Source: Bugula neritina
Taxonomy: Eukaryota; Animalia; Bryozoa
Length of the DNA: 64,000 nucleotides
Assembly: GCA_964035545.1 (NCBI GenBank)
Contig: OZ037768.1
Coordinates: 16,537,875 to 16,601,874, forward strand
Reading direction: 5' to 3'
The first letter of the stretch is position 1. The number at the start of each line of letters is the position of its first letter. This document shows, in pieces, positions 29,137 to 60,572 of this stretch. The notes beneath the pieces are model-generated. The model worked only from the letters and a program-made list of their open reading frames with translations. It ran no database searches and had not been told where the DNA came from. A program made the position numbers and the translations under genes.

Positions 29137-29567
29137 CAATAGTACCGTTCAATGCTGAAAAAGCAAATAATGGCTACAGAAATTTATATGACGAAACTAG
29201 TAATCCTGGCATGTCAATATTTAGTGATGAAAAGTATCAAACTGGATACGGATTAGGAGCAATATTTGGAAACATATTAAAAGCAGCTTTGCCTGTAGTA
29301 AAGCAAGGAATCAAAAGCTTAGGAAAAACTGCTATAAAAGCAGGAATGAACATTGCAAAAGATAAATTAGCTGGTCGCAGCTTCAAATATTCAATATCCA
29401 ATAATTTAAAGCAAGCCAAGAGGGAGGTACTTACAAATGCAATAAACTTTGTAACAAGCAAGCCACCAGCAAATAAAAAGCGAAAGCGAGCTAAACAAAG
29501 TGTTACTTTACCGATACCTTCAAAGCGAAAGAGACGTAGCAAGGCTGGTAAAGATATATTTTCATAG
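29133..29567 (+). CDS. Polinton core / putative membrane-active protein (intact ORF)
   Basis: YQTGYGLGAIFGNILKAALPVVKQG...AKDKLAG... with basic tail KRKRRSKAGKDIFS; located between penton and major capsid. Confidence 0.75.
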   Translation: MTIVPFNAEKANNGYRNLYDETSNPGMSIFSDEKYQTGYGLGAIFGNILKAALPVVKQGIKSLGKTAIKAGMNIAKDKLAGRSFKYSISNNLKQAKREVLTNAINFVTSKPPANKKRKRAKQSVTLPIPSKRKRRSKAGKDIFS

Positions 29568-29572
29568 CAACT

Positions 29573-30887
29573 ATGTCATATATATTTGAGCATAGCTGCT
29601 TGGCAGCAAAACCAGAACTAGATTTATTCAGCAATCCAGCAACTCAAGCATCTATCGAGGAAGGTTTCCACACAGAGCACATGCCAACTACCTCATTGAC
29701 TGATTCGGGTCCCATAAAGTTTTCTGTTTCTGACGATTCAAACTATTATTTAGACTTGAATTCGAGTTACATTTTAATGGAAGTAAAAATTACAAAGGAT
29801 GATGGCAGTAACATTGACGATATAGCAAATGTTGGGCCGGTAAACTTACTAGGTCACAGCTTGTTTGAACAAATTGATGTGAGCTTAAATGATGTTGTAA
29901 TATCCAACGCGTCTAACTTGTATCATTATAGAGCAATACTAGAAACTATGCTAAGCTATAACCAAGAAGCTAAAGGATCACAACTCTCCATGAGTCTATA
30001 TTCCAAGGATACACCAGGACAAATGAATAATATTGAAAATGGTCACACAGGATTGGTTTCTAGAAGATCAGTGACGGGTGTGAGCAGAACAGTACAGCTA
30101 ATTATAAAACCGCACGCTGATATATTCTTCCAGAAGCGATTCATATTGAACGGCGTTGACCTTAAATTAAAATTGGTTAGAAATGACAATAGGTTAGTGC
30201 TAATGGCTGCAGAAAATTCAAACTTCAAACTCAAAATTAAAAGCGCTTCATTCTTTGTTAGAAAAGTTAAAATTAACAGCGGAATACAACTAAAGCACAT
30301 CGAGAAATTAGATAAACTGATGCAACCAGCAATATATCCACTAAGAAGAGTAGACATAAAAACATTTAACATAGCAACGGGATCACTTTCATGGAACGAG
30401 GAGAATTTAATTCATGGTATATTACCAAAAAGAGTAGTTGTTGGAATAGTTAATTCAAGAGCATTTGAAAAAGCGTATGAATTAAACCCAATTTGACTTT
30501 GTTCACAAGAACTTAAAATACTGCAACCTAATGGTAGATGGCAAGAGCTCACCACAAAAGCCGTTAATTTCAGACTTTGCAAATCACAATACACTACGTA
30601 ACTATTTCATGTTACTGGAATCAACAGGAAAAGTTTTCAACAACGGAGGTATAGATATTAACAGAACGGATTACGAACAAGGATACAGTATTTTAGCATT
30701 TGATCTTACACCCGATTTAGATGAGAATGGGTGCTACCACATCCTCAAAAAGGGAAACATTCGCCTCGAGCTAAAATTTGACCAGGCACTAGATCAACCA
30801 ATAAATGTTATTGTATACTCAAAGTTTGACTCAGCTGTTAAGATCGACAAGAACAGAGCGGTTCTAACAAATTTCTTTGCACAATGA
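29573..30887 (+). pseudogene. Polinton double jelly-roll major capsid protein (hexon-like), +1 frameshift at ~30491
   Basis: KPELDLFSNPATQASIE...GPIKF...YLDL; SLFEQIDVSLN; YHYRAILETML; HADIFFQKRFILNGVD; GILPKRVVVG. Removing one A gives NPFDFVH...VDG, continuing to AFDLTPD...GNIRLELKF. Confidence 0.92.
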
Positions 30888-31426
30888 ACACAGAAGAAAT
30901 ATATTCGATTTTAAGCAGTGACAACTGTGTTCGAAGAATAAACTTTCTGGGAGTATTCCCTATAAACAAGATTCCAAAAGTTGCCTTAGAGAATAACACG
31001 TGCTGCGCTGTAGTCAACACAAAGCCTGACACGCACAAAGGAGAGCATTGGGTGTGCTTTGCGAAGAAAGAAAATGGAAGTTCAGTATACTTTGATAGTT
31101 TCGGCTATCCACCGTACAACCTCCCAGAGATTGGAGATGTGCTAGAGCAAAGTAATGATTGGATATTCAATGACGTTCAATTACAGTCGCCTTACTCTGC
31201 AGTTTGTGGACAGTATGTGATATTTTTTTTAACACACTACGCAAGAGGCATTACACCTGAGCACATTATTGAACTACTGAATGACAATGGAGACACATTT
31301 GCTAACGATACATTCATTTTCAACTACATAAAGAATAAGTATCATCACGTTGACACATCACATTTAAAGATTGTGGATTTACCATATATGTTTAAGCAAT
31401 CTGCTAACTATATCAAATATTTTTAG
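30884..31426 (+). CDS. adenain-like (peptidase C5) maturation protease, intact ORF
   Basis: VNT...GEHWV (His), YFDSFG (Asp), QLQS (Gln), SAVCGQY (Cys). Confidence 0.92.
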   Translation: MNTEEIYSILSSDNCVRRINFLGVFPINKIPKVALENNTCCAVVNTKPDTHKGEHWVCFAKKENGSSVYFDSFGYPPYNLPEIGDVLEQSNDWIFNDVQLQSPYSAVCGQYVIFFLTHYARGITPEHIIELLNDNGDTFANDTFIFNYIKNKYHHVDTSHLKIVDLPYMFKQSANYIKYF

Positions 31427-31816
31427 CTATTTCAATATTGTATTATATCATCATTCTGTGTTATAATATTGTTAACAAAATATATCTGTTATACATGAAC
31501 ATCCTACAACTATATAAATATTTAATATTATTAGCATTTCATTGCGACAAGAATCTGTAAACAACATTATAACAAACACAGGTAATTCTAAAATAATAAA
31601 AGCAAGATTACAAACTACACCAAATACCCATTATAATACGATGGCTATGTTATTTATTACACATGCTACGTCCAATACTATTTCCTTAACTACGAGTTAT
31701 GCGAGCTTGTGCTATGCTATACATTGGTGGACTATGCTAAGTGGTCGACTGATAAAGCTAACCTTAAAACGATGCTAAAGTTAATATTTGCTTAGAAGCT
31801 ATCTATACTACAGGAG

Positions 31817-32578
31817 TTACTGTTTCTGCACATGTGTTGATGTCTTTCGTGATGATGAAGAAGTTGCGAATGCTCGTTCAGTTGGTCTACTTACTGCCAC
31901 TGGTACTTCAGCTTGATGGAGCTTGAGATTTGTATTGTGGTAAAGAGGTGTTTCATTAAAGATGAGCATTATCTTTTTTTGACTGGCTTGTCGCTTCTTG
32001 GAAGCATGTTCTCGTTCTTGAATCTCTAACTCTTCATCTATCTTTTCAGCTTTAAGTTTTGCCTGTAGTTCAATTCTCTTAGCATCAGCATTGGCCGCAG
32101 CTTCTCGCAGCTGCCTAGAGGATGTAATTGTTTTGGTAGAAGAGACATCACTTAAACTTTTGTGCATAGAACTTGATTTACTTGATACAGAACGAACATC
32201 ATCATGCGTTTTGAAATAAAGTTGTCTTTCCATCTTTTGGATGAGATAATCTTGATCGGCATGCAATCTATCCATGGTTTTTCTCAATTCAGTATAGGTA
32301 TCAGCCCTATAATATTTGTTAGTAGTAAGCTCGTTGTACATATCATCAATGAGTGTTAAACTGTCTTTCATGTCTTGTAACAAATCGTTGTCAATACAAC
32401 TAGGCTGGTCGGCTATTCTGGTCTCAATATTTTTATTTTTAGATACTTGTTTGTTAATAACCCTACCTAAAATTTTCACATGTTCCTGTACTAGAGTTTC
32501 CTGGGCCTTTTGTGTCAGCGCTTTATGCTTAATACTTTTTCTGGTTGCTCCAGTGCCATTTTCTGAGTGCGTTGACAT
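31817..32578 (-). mobile_element. BEL/Pao-like LTR retrotransposon gag N-terminal remnant
   Basis: RKSIKHKALTQKA, a helical region, Ser-rich SVSSKSSS, then REAAANADAKRIELQAKL coiled coil resembles the BEL/Pao gag N-terminus. No pol seen. Confidence 0.55.
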
Positions 32579-34339
32579 GGTTGCTAGTTTATCAGTCTAA
32601 TTTATATTACAGAAAATAAGTGTATATGATAGCGCATTCAGTATGGCAGAGATACAAACGTACTGGAAACAGTAAAAAAACACTGAATAAGCACCTAGTG
32701 AGGCAGCAACAAAAAAGGTGACCAAAACATAAAAGGAAATAGCGCAGGCGCACAGCATGATCAATGCACAAGGCAGATTCGAGACTATGTGAATCGCAGA
32801 GCTACAATGCACTGCATTTACTGTTTACTTATGAGTTTGTTTAGTTATGGTAAACTTGCAAGCTCTTTGTTGATTGGTCAGTCTCCCACTTACAATAAAT
32901 TGACAGAAGTAGCACACTAATTTTTGAAAAACAAATAATATTCAGAGTGACTCAACTCAAATAGTTTAAATCAGCTCATCAAATATTTTAATAATAGCTT
33001 AGGATAGTAAATTGCTCTTTCATAAGAGCTAGGGCAAAAACAATTAAAATGACCTTTTAATTAGATTCCTTATTTATAACTGTCATTGGACTTTACAGTA
33101 AACCAGCCTTATCAGCTAATACTGTATGATATATGGAGCAGGTGTACTCAGCTGTCTCTCTAGGATTTGATTGCTGAAACCTCTTGGTGGTTTGCTAAGA
33201 TTCCTCAGGACAGGCCTCTATAGCTTTTGTCTCACAGATGGTGGAGTTTCTTACTGTAGCGTCGCCACTAACTATAGATCAGTTGTACTGGTGTTGGTTT
33301 TCGTAACTTTATTTTTACTTATTCCAACTGCCGTAAGAAACTGTAAAAGTAGGTTATTAATATATGCAACTATAACAGGTTTTTAAAATAAAACAGACAA
33401 AAATTATTTAAGAAATTGTAAAATATTCAAACATATATACAAATCTTGAATTAATCACCTTTTGCCTTTTTTTAGTGGCTAGCTAGGGTGAGTTTGTTTC
33501 TATGAAATGGTATTACAGGTCTACTAAAAAATATCAAACTATAACAAAAAGGACATTAAGTGATAACTGCAATTAGACAAATGTTAAGACAATTAGTAAG
33601 AATGAATGTATAGCCCATATAGACAGCGATTAAAACTTATATGCAATGTTCACTTGAATTAGTAGCTGCATAAAAATGCTGTAAGTGTAAAAATCAGGCT
33701 TTAACTGCCAATTAGAATACTATCCAGTGACAAACTAATCAATCATTGGAGAGCCTGCCTTAAAAATTTGTAATTTTATGAGAAATCTATTATGAAGTAA
33801 ACACATAGCCATAAATTCTATCATGCACTGACTACACTGGCATTCTAAAAATTGTCAAACTTGTAACATGTTTAATAAACCAAATAGTTATTCTTATAGT
33901 TGAAATAGATAAAAATACTTAAGGAAAGCTTCAAATTCTTACAAATACTAAAGGACAAAACTAACCTGTGCCTCATTAAGTTAATTCCAATTTAAATTTA
34001 CTCGTATTTTATTAATTATACCATTTAAAATTGATGTTATTGATATGATAAGCTTGCATCGCTAGCGCGCTACTATTCTACTAACTGTAGAGTCAACGTC
34101 TGCACTCAAACATCCGGGCTGCCTAAGCGTAAAGCTTCAACCAATGGGCGAGAGCGTGCTGTTATCTAATTAATAAATTTACAGCTAGCAGTCGTTGCAT
34201 AGGCGGGAATCACGTGATGCGATAACCCATTTGCGTGGAACGTTATGCTGAACGCAACGCTGAATGCTCGATTAACTTTTATTTATTCATTACACTACAT
34301 TACTTTTACTGCTTGAATTAATTATGTTCAGTGCTCACT

Positions 34340-35658
34340 TTACACAGGGCATCTCGGCATTAGTAAATGCTTATCCAGAGCAAGAAACAGCCTGTGGTGG
34401 CCGTCAATGTCTAAGGCTATTGAGGAGATGATAAAGGGATGTGCAGAATGTCAATCGAACACTAAAATAACAAGAGAGCCCCTGAGACCTACTGCAGTGC
34501 CTACTAGGCTGTGGCAGATGCTTGGTACAAACCTTCTTCAATACCAAGGCCAAATTTATTTGATAGTGATTGACTATTATTCCAGGTACCCTGAATTGGC
34601 ACTCCTAGGTGCAGCTAATTTCACATCGGTGAGAGTCATAGCAATCATGAAGTCCATGTTTTTTAGGCATGGCATCCCAAAGTTGGTGGTATCTGATAAT
34701 GGACCACAGTATGCCAGCCAGGAATTTGCTGCATTTGCGGAGGACTATGGGTTTCGGCACGTTACAAGCAGTCCACACTATCCTAGAGCAAATGGAGCAG
34801 CAGAACATGCAGTGCAGAGGATTAAGAACATGTTAAAGAAGGAACAAGATCCATTTTTGGCATTGTTAGCTTATCGTTCCTTTCCACTATTCGAGATGTA
34901 TTCTGCAGCAGACCCCCTTATGGGGCGTGAACTACGCACAATGTTGGTAACACATCCTGATGATCTGTTACCAAAGCTATCAGACCATGACAGCTTTAAG
35001 GTAGCTAACAACCAGTACAAGTACAAAATGAAAGAGAGTCATGATAAGAACCCAAAGGTAAAATCCTTCAGGCCACTTGTAGAGGGAGAGCCAGTTCTTG
35101 TTAGAGATAACACCAAAGAAGGACTAACAAGTGGGCAACCAGATGAGACGCCACGCAGAGTCCAAATAGCTACAGAGACAGAACAATTTGTTAGAAATAG
35201 GTCAGATGTGGTACCTTTGCTATCCCGTGTACCTAGGGAACCTAAGAGACCTATTTGGTTTAATGATTATGCATGTTTCTTTCGTTAAAATGAGCATTAA
35301 CTAAAGGATAACAATGATCATACAAATCGATCATAAACTCTCGCTAGATCTTAGTTTGATCATCTTATTTGTATTCATATATCGGTGTGGTTTTTTACAT
35401 TATGGTTTACTTATGTTGTTATGTTCGAATTAAAAGGCTGTGTGGTTTTGATTTGTGCAATCTTTCACGAAAACACTCGAAGGGGGATGTTGTAATGTTA
35501 TGTAATTTGCAGTTTTCTTCTCTTATTATAATTACATGTTATATACTTTGTAATTGCGTTCTCCTGTTCTTTATATTAACGATTCATTATAAATCAGTTT
35601 TTACGGTTATGGATTTTACGCGCTAGATGTACCGAATAAATATTAAGAATAATAAACA
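34340..35658 (+). mobile_element. 5'-truncated Gypsy LTR retrotransposon: integrase, PPT, short 3' LTR
   Basis: GHLGISKC..RAR..LWWP...CAEC zinc-binding region, IVIDYYSRYPE, VSDNGPQY, TSSPHYPRANGAAE; polypurine GAAGGGGGA then TGTTGTAA at 35488; AATAAA...ACA end near 35658. Confidence 0.85.
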
Positions 35659-36133
35659 ATTCTATTTTGTTATAAACATATTAAACATTAGCATAAAGCA
35701 ATGTAATATACTAAAACATGCAGCAGTGTCAGATTTGTTTCATTGCCAGCACAGAACAGGTTTCAGCAATAACATTTTGTAAAATACTTAAGAAACGCAC
35801 TTTGTTAAGTAATATTATGATGGCTATACACATTATATACAATAAATTATATTATGGTGTATATAAGTGATAACTATAAGTATAGTAGCAAAATCAAATG
35901 CTGTATGTGAACAATGTAAGTCTTGTGAAATATAATTATACTGAAGTATAGTTACACTGTGAGTGAAACACACAGTATAAAATAGCTACATGCATAAAAC
36001 ATTTTGATATATTGCAATGGATATATGAGATCCATATATTCAATTATGTCAACATTATAGACAGTCAGTGAGCCTAAATATTATCTCTCAGTACCTCACT
36101 GAGCTGATTATTAGTAAACTGTAGCTGATAAGT

Positions 36134-53593
<17,460 letters not shown>

Positions 53594-55546
53594 CTTGGTT
53601 ATATGATAAGGAAATCCTGTAAAAGATACACTACATCTGTGAAGGCTTCCCAACCAAAGACTGGCCTATTCTAAGTCTTAACTTAAACTATTAACAACAA
53701 AGCATCCAAATAAAGACATGAAAAATAATGTTAAACAAAGGCAGTTAATAACACTGGTATACATGATATAGTCAGCTACAACATGCTGAGCTCACAGCGG
53801 CGTCACCTGTCTAACAAAGGCTGTATTGTTTTCATTATCATCACTGAATAGGTTTTTTGCGGGTGACTCACACTCCATATTATATACAATAAATATGAAG
53901 CAATGTTGTGCGCTTCAGTGAACACTTTTCTTTTACTTCTATTGAACACCACCAATCAAGTGTTTCCAATATGTAGAGGAGAAGTGAAATATTAAGAATA
54001 CCAGTGAGTTATGTATTACTTTTATGAACAATTAAACAGCAGAATTGGGCTCAGCTGCTTATTCCCTCATTCAGAGTTATGTATTACTCTGTATGATATA
54101 GTAAAAAAAATTTATGAACAAACAGCACTCACTTTCAGCAGCTTATATTGTATTTAGGCTGAGAATGTTTTAAACTCATAATATACTCATACTTTTAATA
54201 AAACTAGACTCATTTTATAATTATTAGCATCCTGTAATCAGTTTATCATAGCTGTATGTACTCATATTTTGGTATACATATATAATTGCTATGTTTGTAT
54301 TGAAGTTATATTCCATAATACAATACAATACTTTTTTATCCTTATTTCACCTTGAGATACATTATTTCATTAGTCGTCAAAGCCACTCTGCATTTGTTTA
54401 AGGTATAACTAGATGTTTAACCTGTAGAAAGAACCAATGATAATGAAATTTTTAGCTCTATAGTAATTATAAAATATTTTCATAATTACTGCAGCCAAAA
54501 ATATGGTAATGTATTATCATACATTTAATTTCAGCTTTTTTCAAACACGATCAATTATGTAGCGGAAACTGCTAGAAAATTTTGCCTAATATGAGAAATT
54601 AGCCTAGAAACTATATATAGTGCATTAACTTAAATTCTTTTTGAGCCACAAAAATATTTCCAAATAATACATTGTCAAGTTTCTTTTTAAAATTTTAGTT
54701 TCTTTATAAATATCAGACCTTCTACATATACAAAAGCATATAGCTAAATACATTATTTATTAAACTAGATTGTACGATGTAGTCAGAGTGTTCTGCTCTG
54801 TATACCCAACGTACTATGACAACTTTGTATACTTAGCGTACTATAACAAGGAAGACAGGTGCTTTAATTTGTCACACTATCACAGACTACGTGATGTCTG
54901 TGTAACGTTTAGGTGTGTAGTAATCTATGCTAAGCAACTAACTTGGAAAAGTCTTTTGTAAATATTATCTATAGCCAATGAAGACCCAACCAATAGCAGT
55001 ACAGGTGCTGATAACTATACCAAGATCTGTATATGTAGTGCTCAAATCTCTTCTGCATTAAAGAAACAATATAATATATTTGAAGAATAATTTGTTTGAT
55101 TAAAAAACATAAGATTTTACCCTAGAGACACAAGTGATGTAGAAATGAGTACCTTGAGAAAATTCACTAAATAAGATGATATACTGAATAGTTATATAAT
55201 TATCACATTATTCTTTGAATATAAATACTGATGTTACAGTTAAATTACTCACCTCAAAAGTTGAACTGATATTTCTTACTTTATGTTGTCAAGAGTTGCT
55301 AGGAGAACTTGTATACAGTAAGCTGGATGACGGTCAAATGATGACTATGCAGTCACATGACCTGCATGTGTTTAAGTGTAGAAAGTGATAGAACCTGACT
55401 CTTGTGTTTTCACATTCCATGTATTCACTATAGATGAAAGGATTTGAACAATCAATTAGAATAGCATTCATGCACAGCAGAGACTTGAAATACTGATACT
55501 CAATGCAGAATAAACAAAAGATACTTATTTCCATTTGAATAGCATC

Positions 55547-56398
<852 letters not shown>

Positions 56399-56399
56399 A

Positions 56400-56705
56400 T
56401 CATCATTAACAGTTACTTTTTGAAGTGCAACCATTTAATAAAGTTTGCGAAGTAATATTACTAAAGTGTATTTATTATCTGTGACAACATTACCCAAGTA
56501 GTAAAGTTAGAAACTTTATAGTCTGAGAATTTATTATTTCTGTCAAAACACTTATATGCTCACTCAGATGATGAGCGTTGCCTGTGTTCTCCAATGACGA
56601 CTCATTGAAGTGTTCTACTTCTGTTTGTCCTGTGATGCACATCTTGCATTGATGAGGGTTGATTGATGCCAACAACTTCACAAAAAAGGAAAATTAATAA
56701 TCTAT
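56400..56705 (+). repeat. ~310-bp duplicated segment, copy 2
   Basis: Matches 22865-23175. Confidence 0.9.
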
Positions 56706-56839
56706 TTGCTGCTTTTTACAACATACAAAACACTCTGCTGCTGGTAACCATGGATATAGTCATGATATTAGGTATACATTATATCATTGAGGGAACTTAA
56801 ATGTATTTGACTGAATACACATTGTGATTTATTTGCTTT

Positions 56840-58810
56840 CTAAAATGCAGCTAAATCATATTTACTTCATTTGATAATGTTGATATCATAATAGGTACAC
56901 TGTTCTTTTAACAAATTAACCAAAGCTAGCAAACATTTAAAAATTAAGCTATTGAAATGTGCAATTCTTAGTACTTAAGTACAGTGGTAGTTTAGCTCTA
57001 TATAAAACCAATTTTCATATCTATTTTTCATAAGATTAAGTTGCTTATATCGAAAACTGTAGATTAAGGATCAAACTGCTATCAACTCTGTTAGTGCATA
57101 TCTTCCATATTTTACATTGCTTTTATTGAAATATAAATGATTATACATATGAAAGCTACAAAATGGATTTTAATTGTATGTTAGAATTTGATCATTTCTG
57201 ACTTCTGTATATTTAAGACAGGCTTGTCAGCCTACTGCATTAGTGATACTCAGTAAGTGTAGTATAATTAGTGAAAATATAAACAATAATTGTACATTAA
57301 TAATTATCTTCCATAAACAAAAAATACCCTGCAAACATCCCATGCACTACTTTATAGTGTAGGAAAAGTATATAAGTATATATATAAAAGTATATATGCG
57401 ACCGTAAATTATGAAAATATATTTATACACATAACTATGATATATGCATGATACTATATTATCTTATGTGTAAGTCCCAACAAGAAACTCTCCCTTCAAG
57501 ACAGATGAAAACCTGGTATCCAGGAGAGAATGATAATGAAGAGATGAGTGAACCTGAATGCATTGACTCCATGTCTATGTCACCTTATGTTTCTGATCTT
57601 GAGAGATAGAATAGAGTCAGTAGAGAAGAGAATATGGAGATAGTGACTCGTCATCTACTTATAATCTAACTCTTTCTACATCAGGGAATATGAAATATGA
57701 AACGTATTTCAATTTAAACACACGGCCTTTGTTAAGGTTTCGAAATTGTTTGATTTTCAACTACTAAGACATTGAAATCTTTTGAAAGACAACTCCAATT
57801 ATCCTCACATGCAGTTTTCCATCTTTTATAAATGATACAAACAATTAGGTGTAATTTAACTGTGCGTCAACAGATCACTACCAAAACTCAATTTTAGGTT
57901 TTATTGTGTTATTATAGGAGGTCTCAGAACAGATATCCAATTGACAGTCTCTTCTTTTGTGTCAGGCATAGAAGTCTCAGATAATGAAGAATATGGTTGT
58001 ATAATACTAAGATTAACTGCCTTTGTAAGATGTACCTTACAGACTAACAGACTAACATAACTAACAGACCCAAATACAGTGTTGACAAAGGAGCTGTATA
58101 TTGTAATGGTTTTCAGAATTAGGGTTGATATGCAATCCAGAGAGTCTATTTACTTGCTAGAGAACTTCACCAGGATAAGTCGAGTGAACGAGTATATATT
58201 TTAAGCACAAGAACACATTACAAAAACTATACAAATACATTCAATAATTCTACACATCTAGATTATTCAGCACTCTAACTTCGACTGACTAACAGCGGGG
58301 AAAACTAACTATTGCTACTAACTATGAAAGCCGCTAATTGGCTGTCCATTGTTTCGGGTCAATTAGGTGACCCTGCGTATTGCGCTGCTGGTAGCTCCAC
58401 GAGCCACCACAATATTTACATTTTGAACTCCATTCTGGCTAAATAAGAAACTAAATATCCCAGATGTTGAAATCCAGTTTCCTTAAGACTATTAATATTT
58501 ATAGAAACGGTTTACTACAGTTAACATAATTTGTATATTTTTATATGTCTTGCTAACTTGACTCAGCATTGTGGAGTTATGCACCCTTATCCATTACAGT
58601 TTAGGCCTACTCTCAGATGATAAACAAAGTATGAGAGCTCACTGGCGGCCGTGGCAACAAGCTTTAATTGTTGAATTTAAAGATATTACCAAAAATAGAG
58701 TTTACCTTATATGTAATGCAAATTTTACAATTTTTGTATCAACAACGTTGGCATATTTGTTATTTCTCATGTATCAACATTGGCAAGTTTTAAAATTAGT
58801 ATTCCATAGT
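56840..58810 (+). repeat. low-copy repeat, copy C (no ZF CDS follows in this orientation)
   Basis: Collinear with copies A and B; lacks the LINE-bearing segment of B and carries a solo LTR instead. Confidence 0.8.
58102..58411. mobile_element. solo LTR
   Basis: TGT...ACA termini, 4-bp TSD ATAT, absent from the paralogous position near 15850. Confidence 0.8.
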
Positions 58811-60572
58811 ATAATTGCTATAACTTTAGGCTTTTTTAGCCTATGGTTGTTATTGCACAACTACCTACTTGTATATAGCTACCATGCAATATTTTATATG
58901 TTTTGATAATAAATGTAGACTGTTTATAGAGTGAATAATCTGTTTTAGCATTTTAGCAATTTTCATTTCAAAGCAAAATTAATGTTTATTGCAATGCAGC
59001 TAATATAAAGTATCTTTCTTATAAAATGAGTTTTGAATGTCAATTCCTATAGAAGCATTTTTAAAGATTAATATATGCAGTGTTGCATAATCACTAGTTG
59101 TAGTGCATTTTATTTGATTTTCATAATAGTATACATAATGTATGCAGTCAGAAAGTCACAGAAGATAATTTATAATACCGCTCCTTTAATGAAAAGGACG
59201 CTCATGACAGTATAGTTAGAGGAGCCTAATTGAGCTAGGCCTCCGGCAACTACCCCACTAACTCAAACAGGACAGAGCAGAGATAGGTGAGGATATACAA
59301 AATTTATATCACAACTATATAACTTTGTGATTTGAAAAATAGTGTCATCCCAGATAGACGCAACCACAGATCCACAATAAGCAAAGAAACCACTCTATAA
59401 CAGTTTTGAAGGCAACGACCGTTACACATATTTGTTAAAATTTCTGTTAGGACTCTAATGTAACGCTATTTATTTTTCAAATAATATAAATCTTTGCTTT
59501 TAATGAATAGCAAAAATAGTGGACATTTTATCCTTGTCTATAGAAAACATAAAATCTTACCAATAATATAATATTCATTGTCTTTATTAAAGTGCAGTCA
59601 TTAATGAAATGCATACCAGTGTAAGACGTGCATCACGGTGCACAAAGAAGCAGAAAATTTCAGGTCACTTTAGCAGCATGCCCAATAAGAAATATTTGAT
59701 TGAGCATTAAGTGTTTGGCATAAGTTACCATTTCTCAGACTATATGAAGTTTACAACTTTGCCTTTTGGATAATGTTGTTACGGATCATTTCCACATTCT
59801 GTGAGTTTATTTCTTTGACTTTGATCCCTAAAGTATTCAACTCTAAAACGTTCACAATAACTCGGGATACCTGATAAAACTCTGTTGAAAAGGTTTTTGA
59901 TACGGTTTTTTAGGAAGACACAAATTATTTTTCTGGTAATTATTATAAGAAGAAATTTGGAACCAAAATCATTGAGGATAATCTTTTCAACATAGCTAAT
60001 GCCTATTGCAGTAAGCTATTAAAATAGAGTATAGTATTGAATAAAAAAAACCTTAATTTGCTAAACTGATATAACTTTTATTTTACAACACATGCACTTA
60101 ACTTTAAGCATTACTAAATTTGTAAAATAGGATTAATGAAATAATTACTAAATGTTGGCAAAGTTTTTTTAATTTGGTGAAGGCAACATAATTTGAATTA
60201 TGTGTCACTAAATATGGTCTGTTGCATTATGTCATTATAGGCTGTGCATAATGCTAATTGTATTCAATAGCAAACAGGTTTATATAGAATAGTAGAGAAA
60301 TTGGGTTACCGGCTGGCCATGATGTTTTTCAGTTAGCTTTAAGTTTTAATAAATTTTATTATAAAAATCCCTACATTGAAGTAAATCCATCATTCATATT
60401 TTCTATGTTATAACTTTACAATACCACTACACATTTTAGCTTGTTTTGAGCTTGTCATTAACCCCTATTACAGATAAAAAGTGCAAGCTTTGCTGCATCT
60501 GTTGTGAAATCTACTGTAAAAGATCTTTTGACTGTAAATGTCCATTTAGTCATCATCGGCACTTTATGTTTC

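Larger units (their letters stand above)
26200..31430 (+). mobile_element. decayed endogenous Polinton/Maverick (adintovirus-type) segment
   Basis: Seven co-oriented, intronless, abutting or overlapping ORFs including integrase, penton, major capsid and adenain. No TIRs, pPolB or packaging ATPase recognised; left boundary approximate. Confidence 0.92.

Noticed and set aside
30884-31426. Intact protease as a domesticated host gene
   Set aside because: With only a handful of lesions over ~5 kb, an unbroken 540-bp ORF is expected by chance; no sign of host exons or promoter.
32822-33378. Possible 5' LTR of the BEL/Pao-like remnant
   Set aside because: Termini are only suggestive; no second LTR or TSD to confirm.
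59081-59426. Possible second solo LTR (TGT...ACA, AATAAA on the minus strand)
   Set aside because: No matching TSD and left boundary ambiguous.
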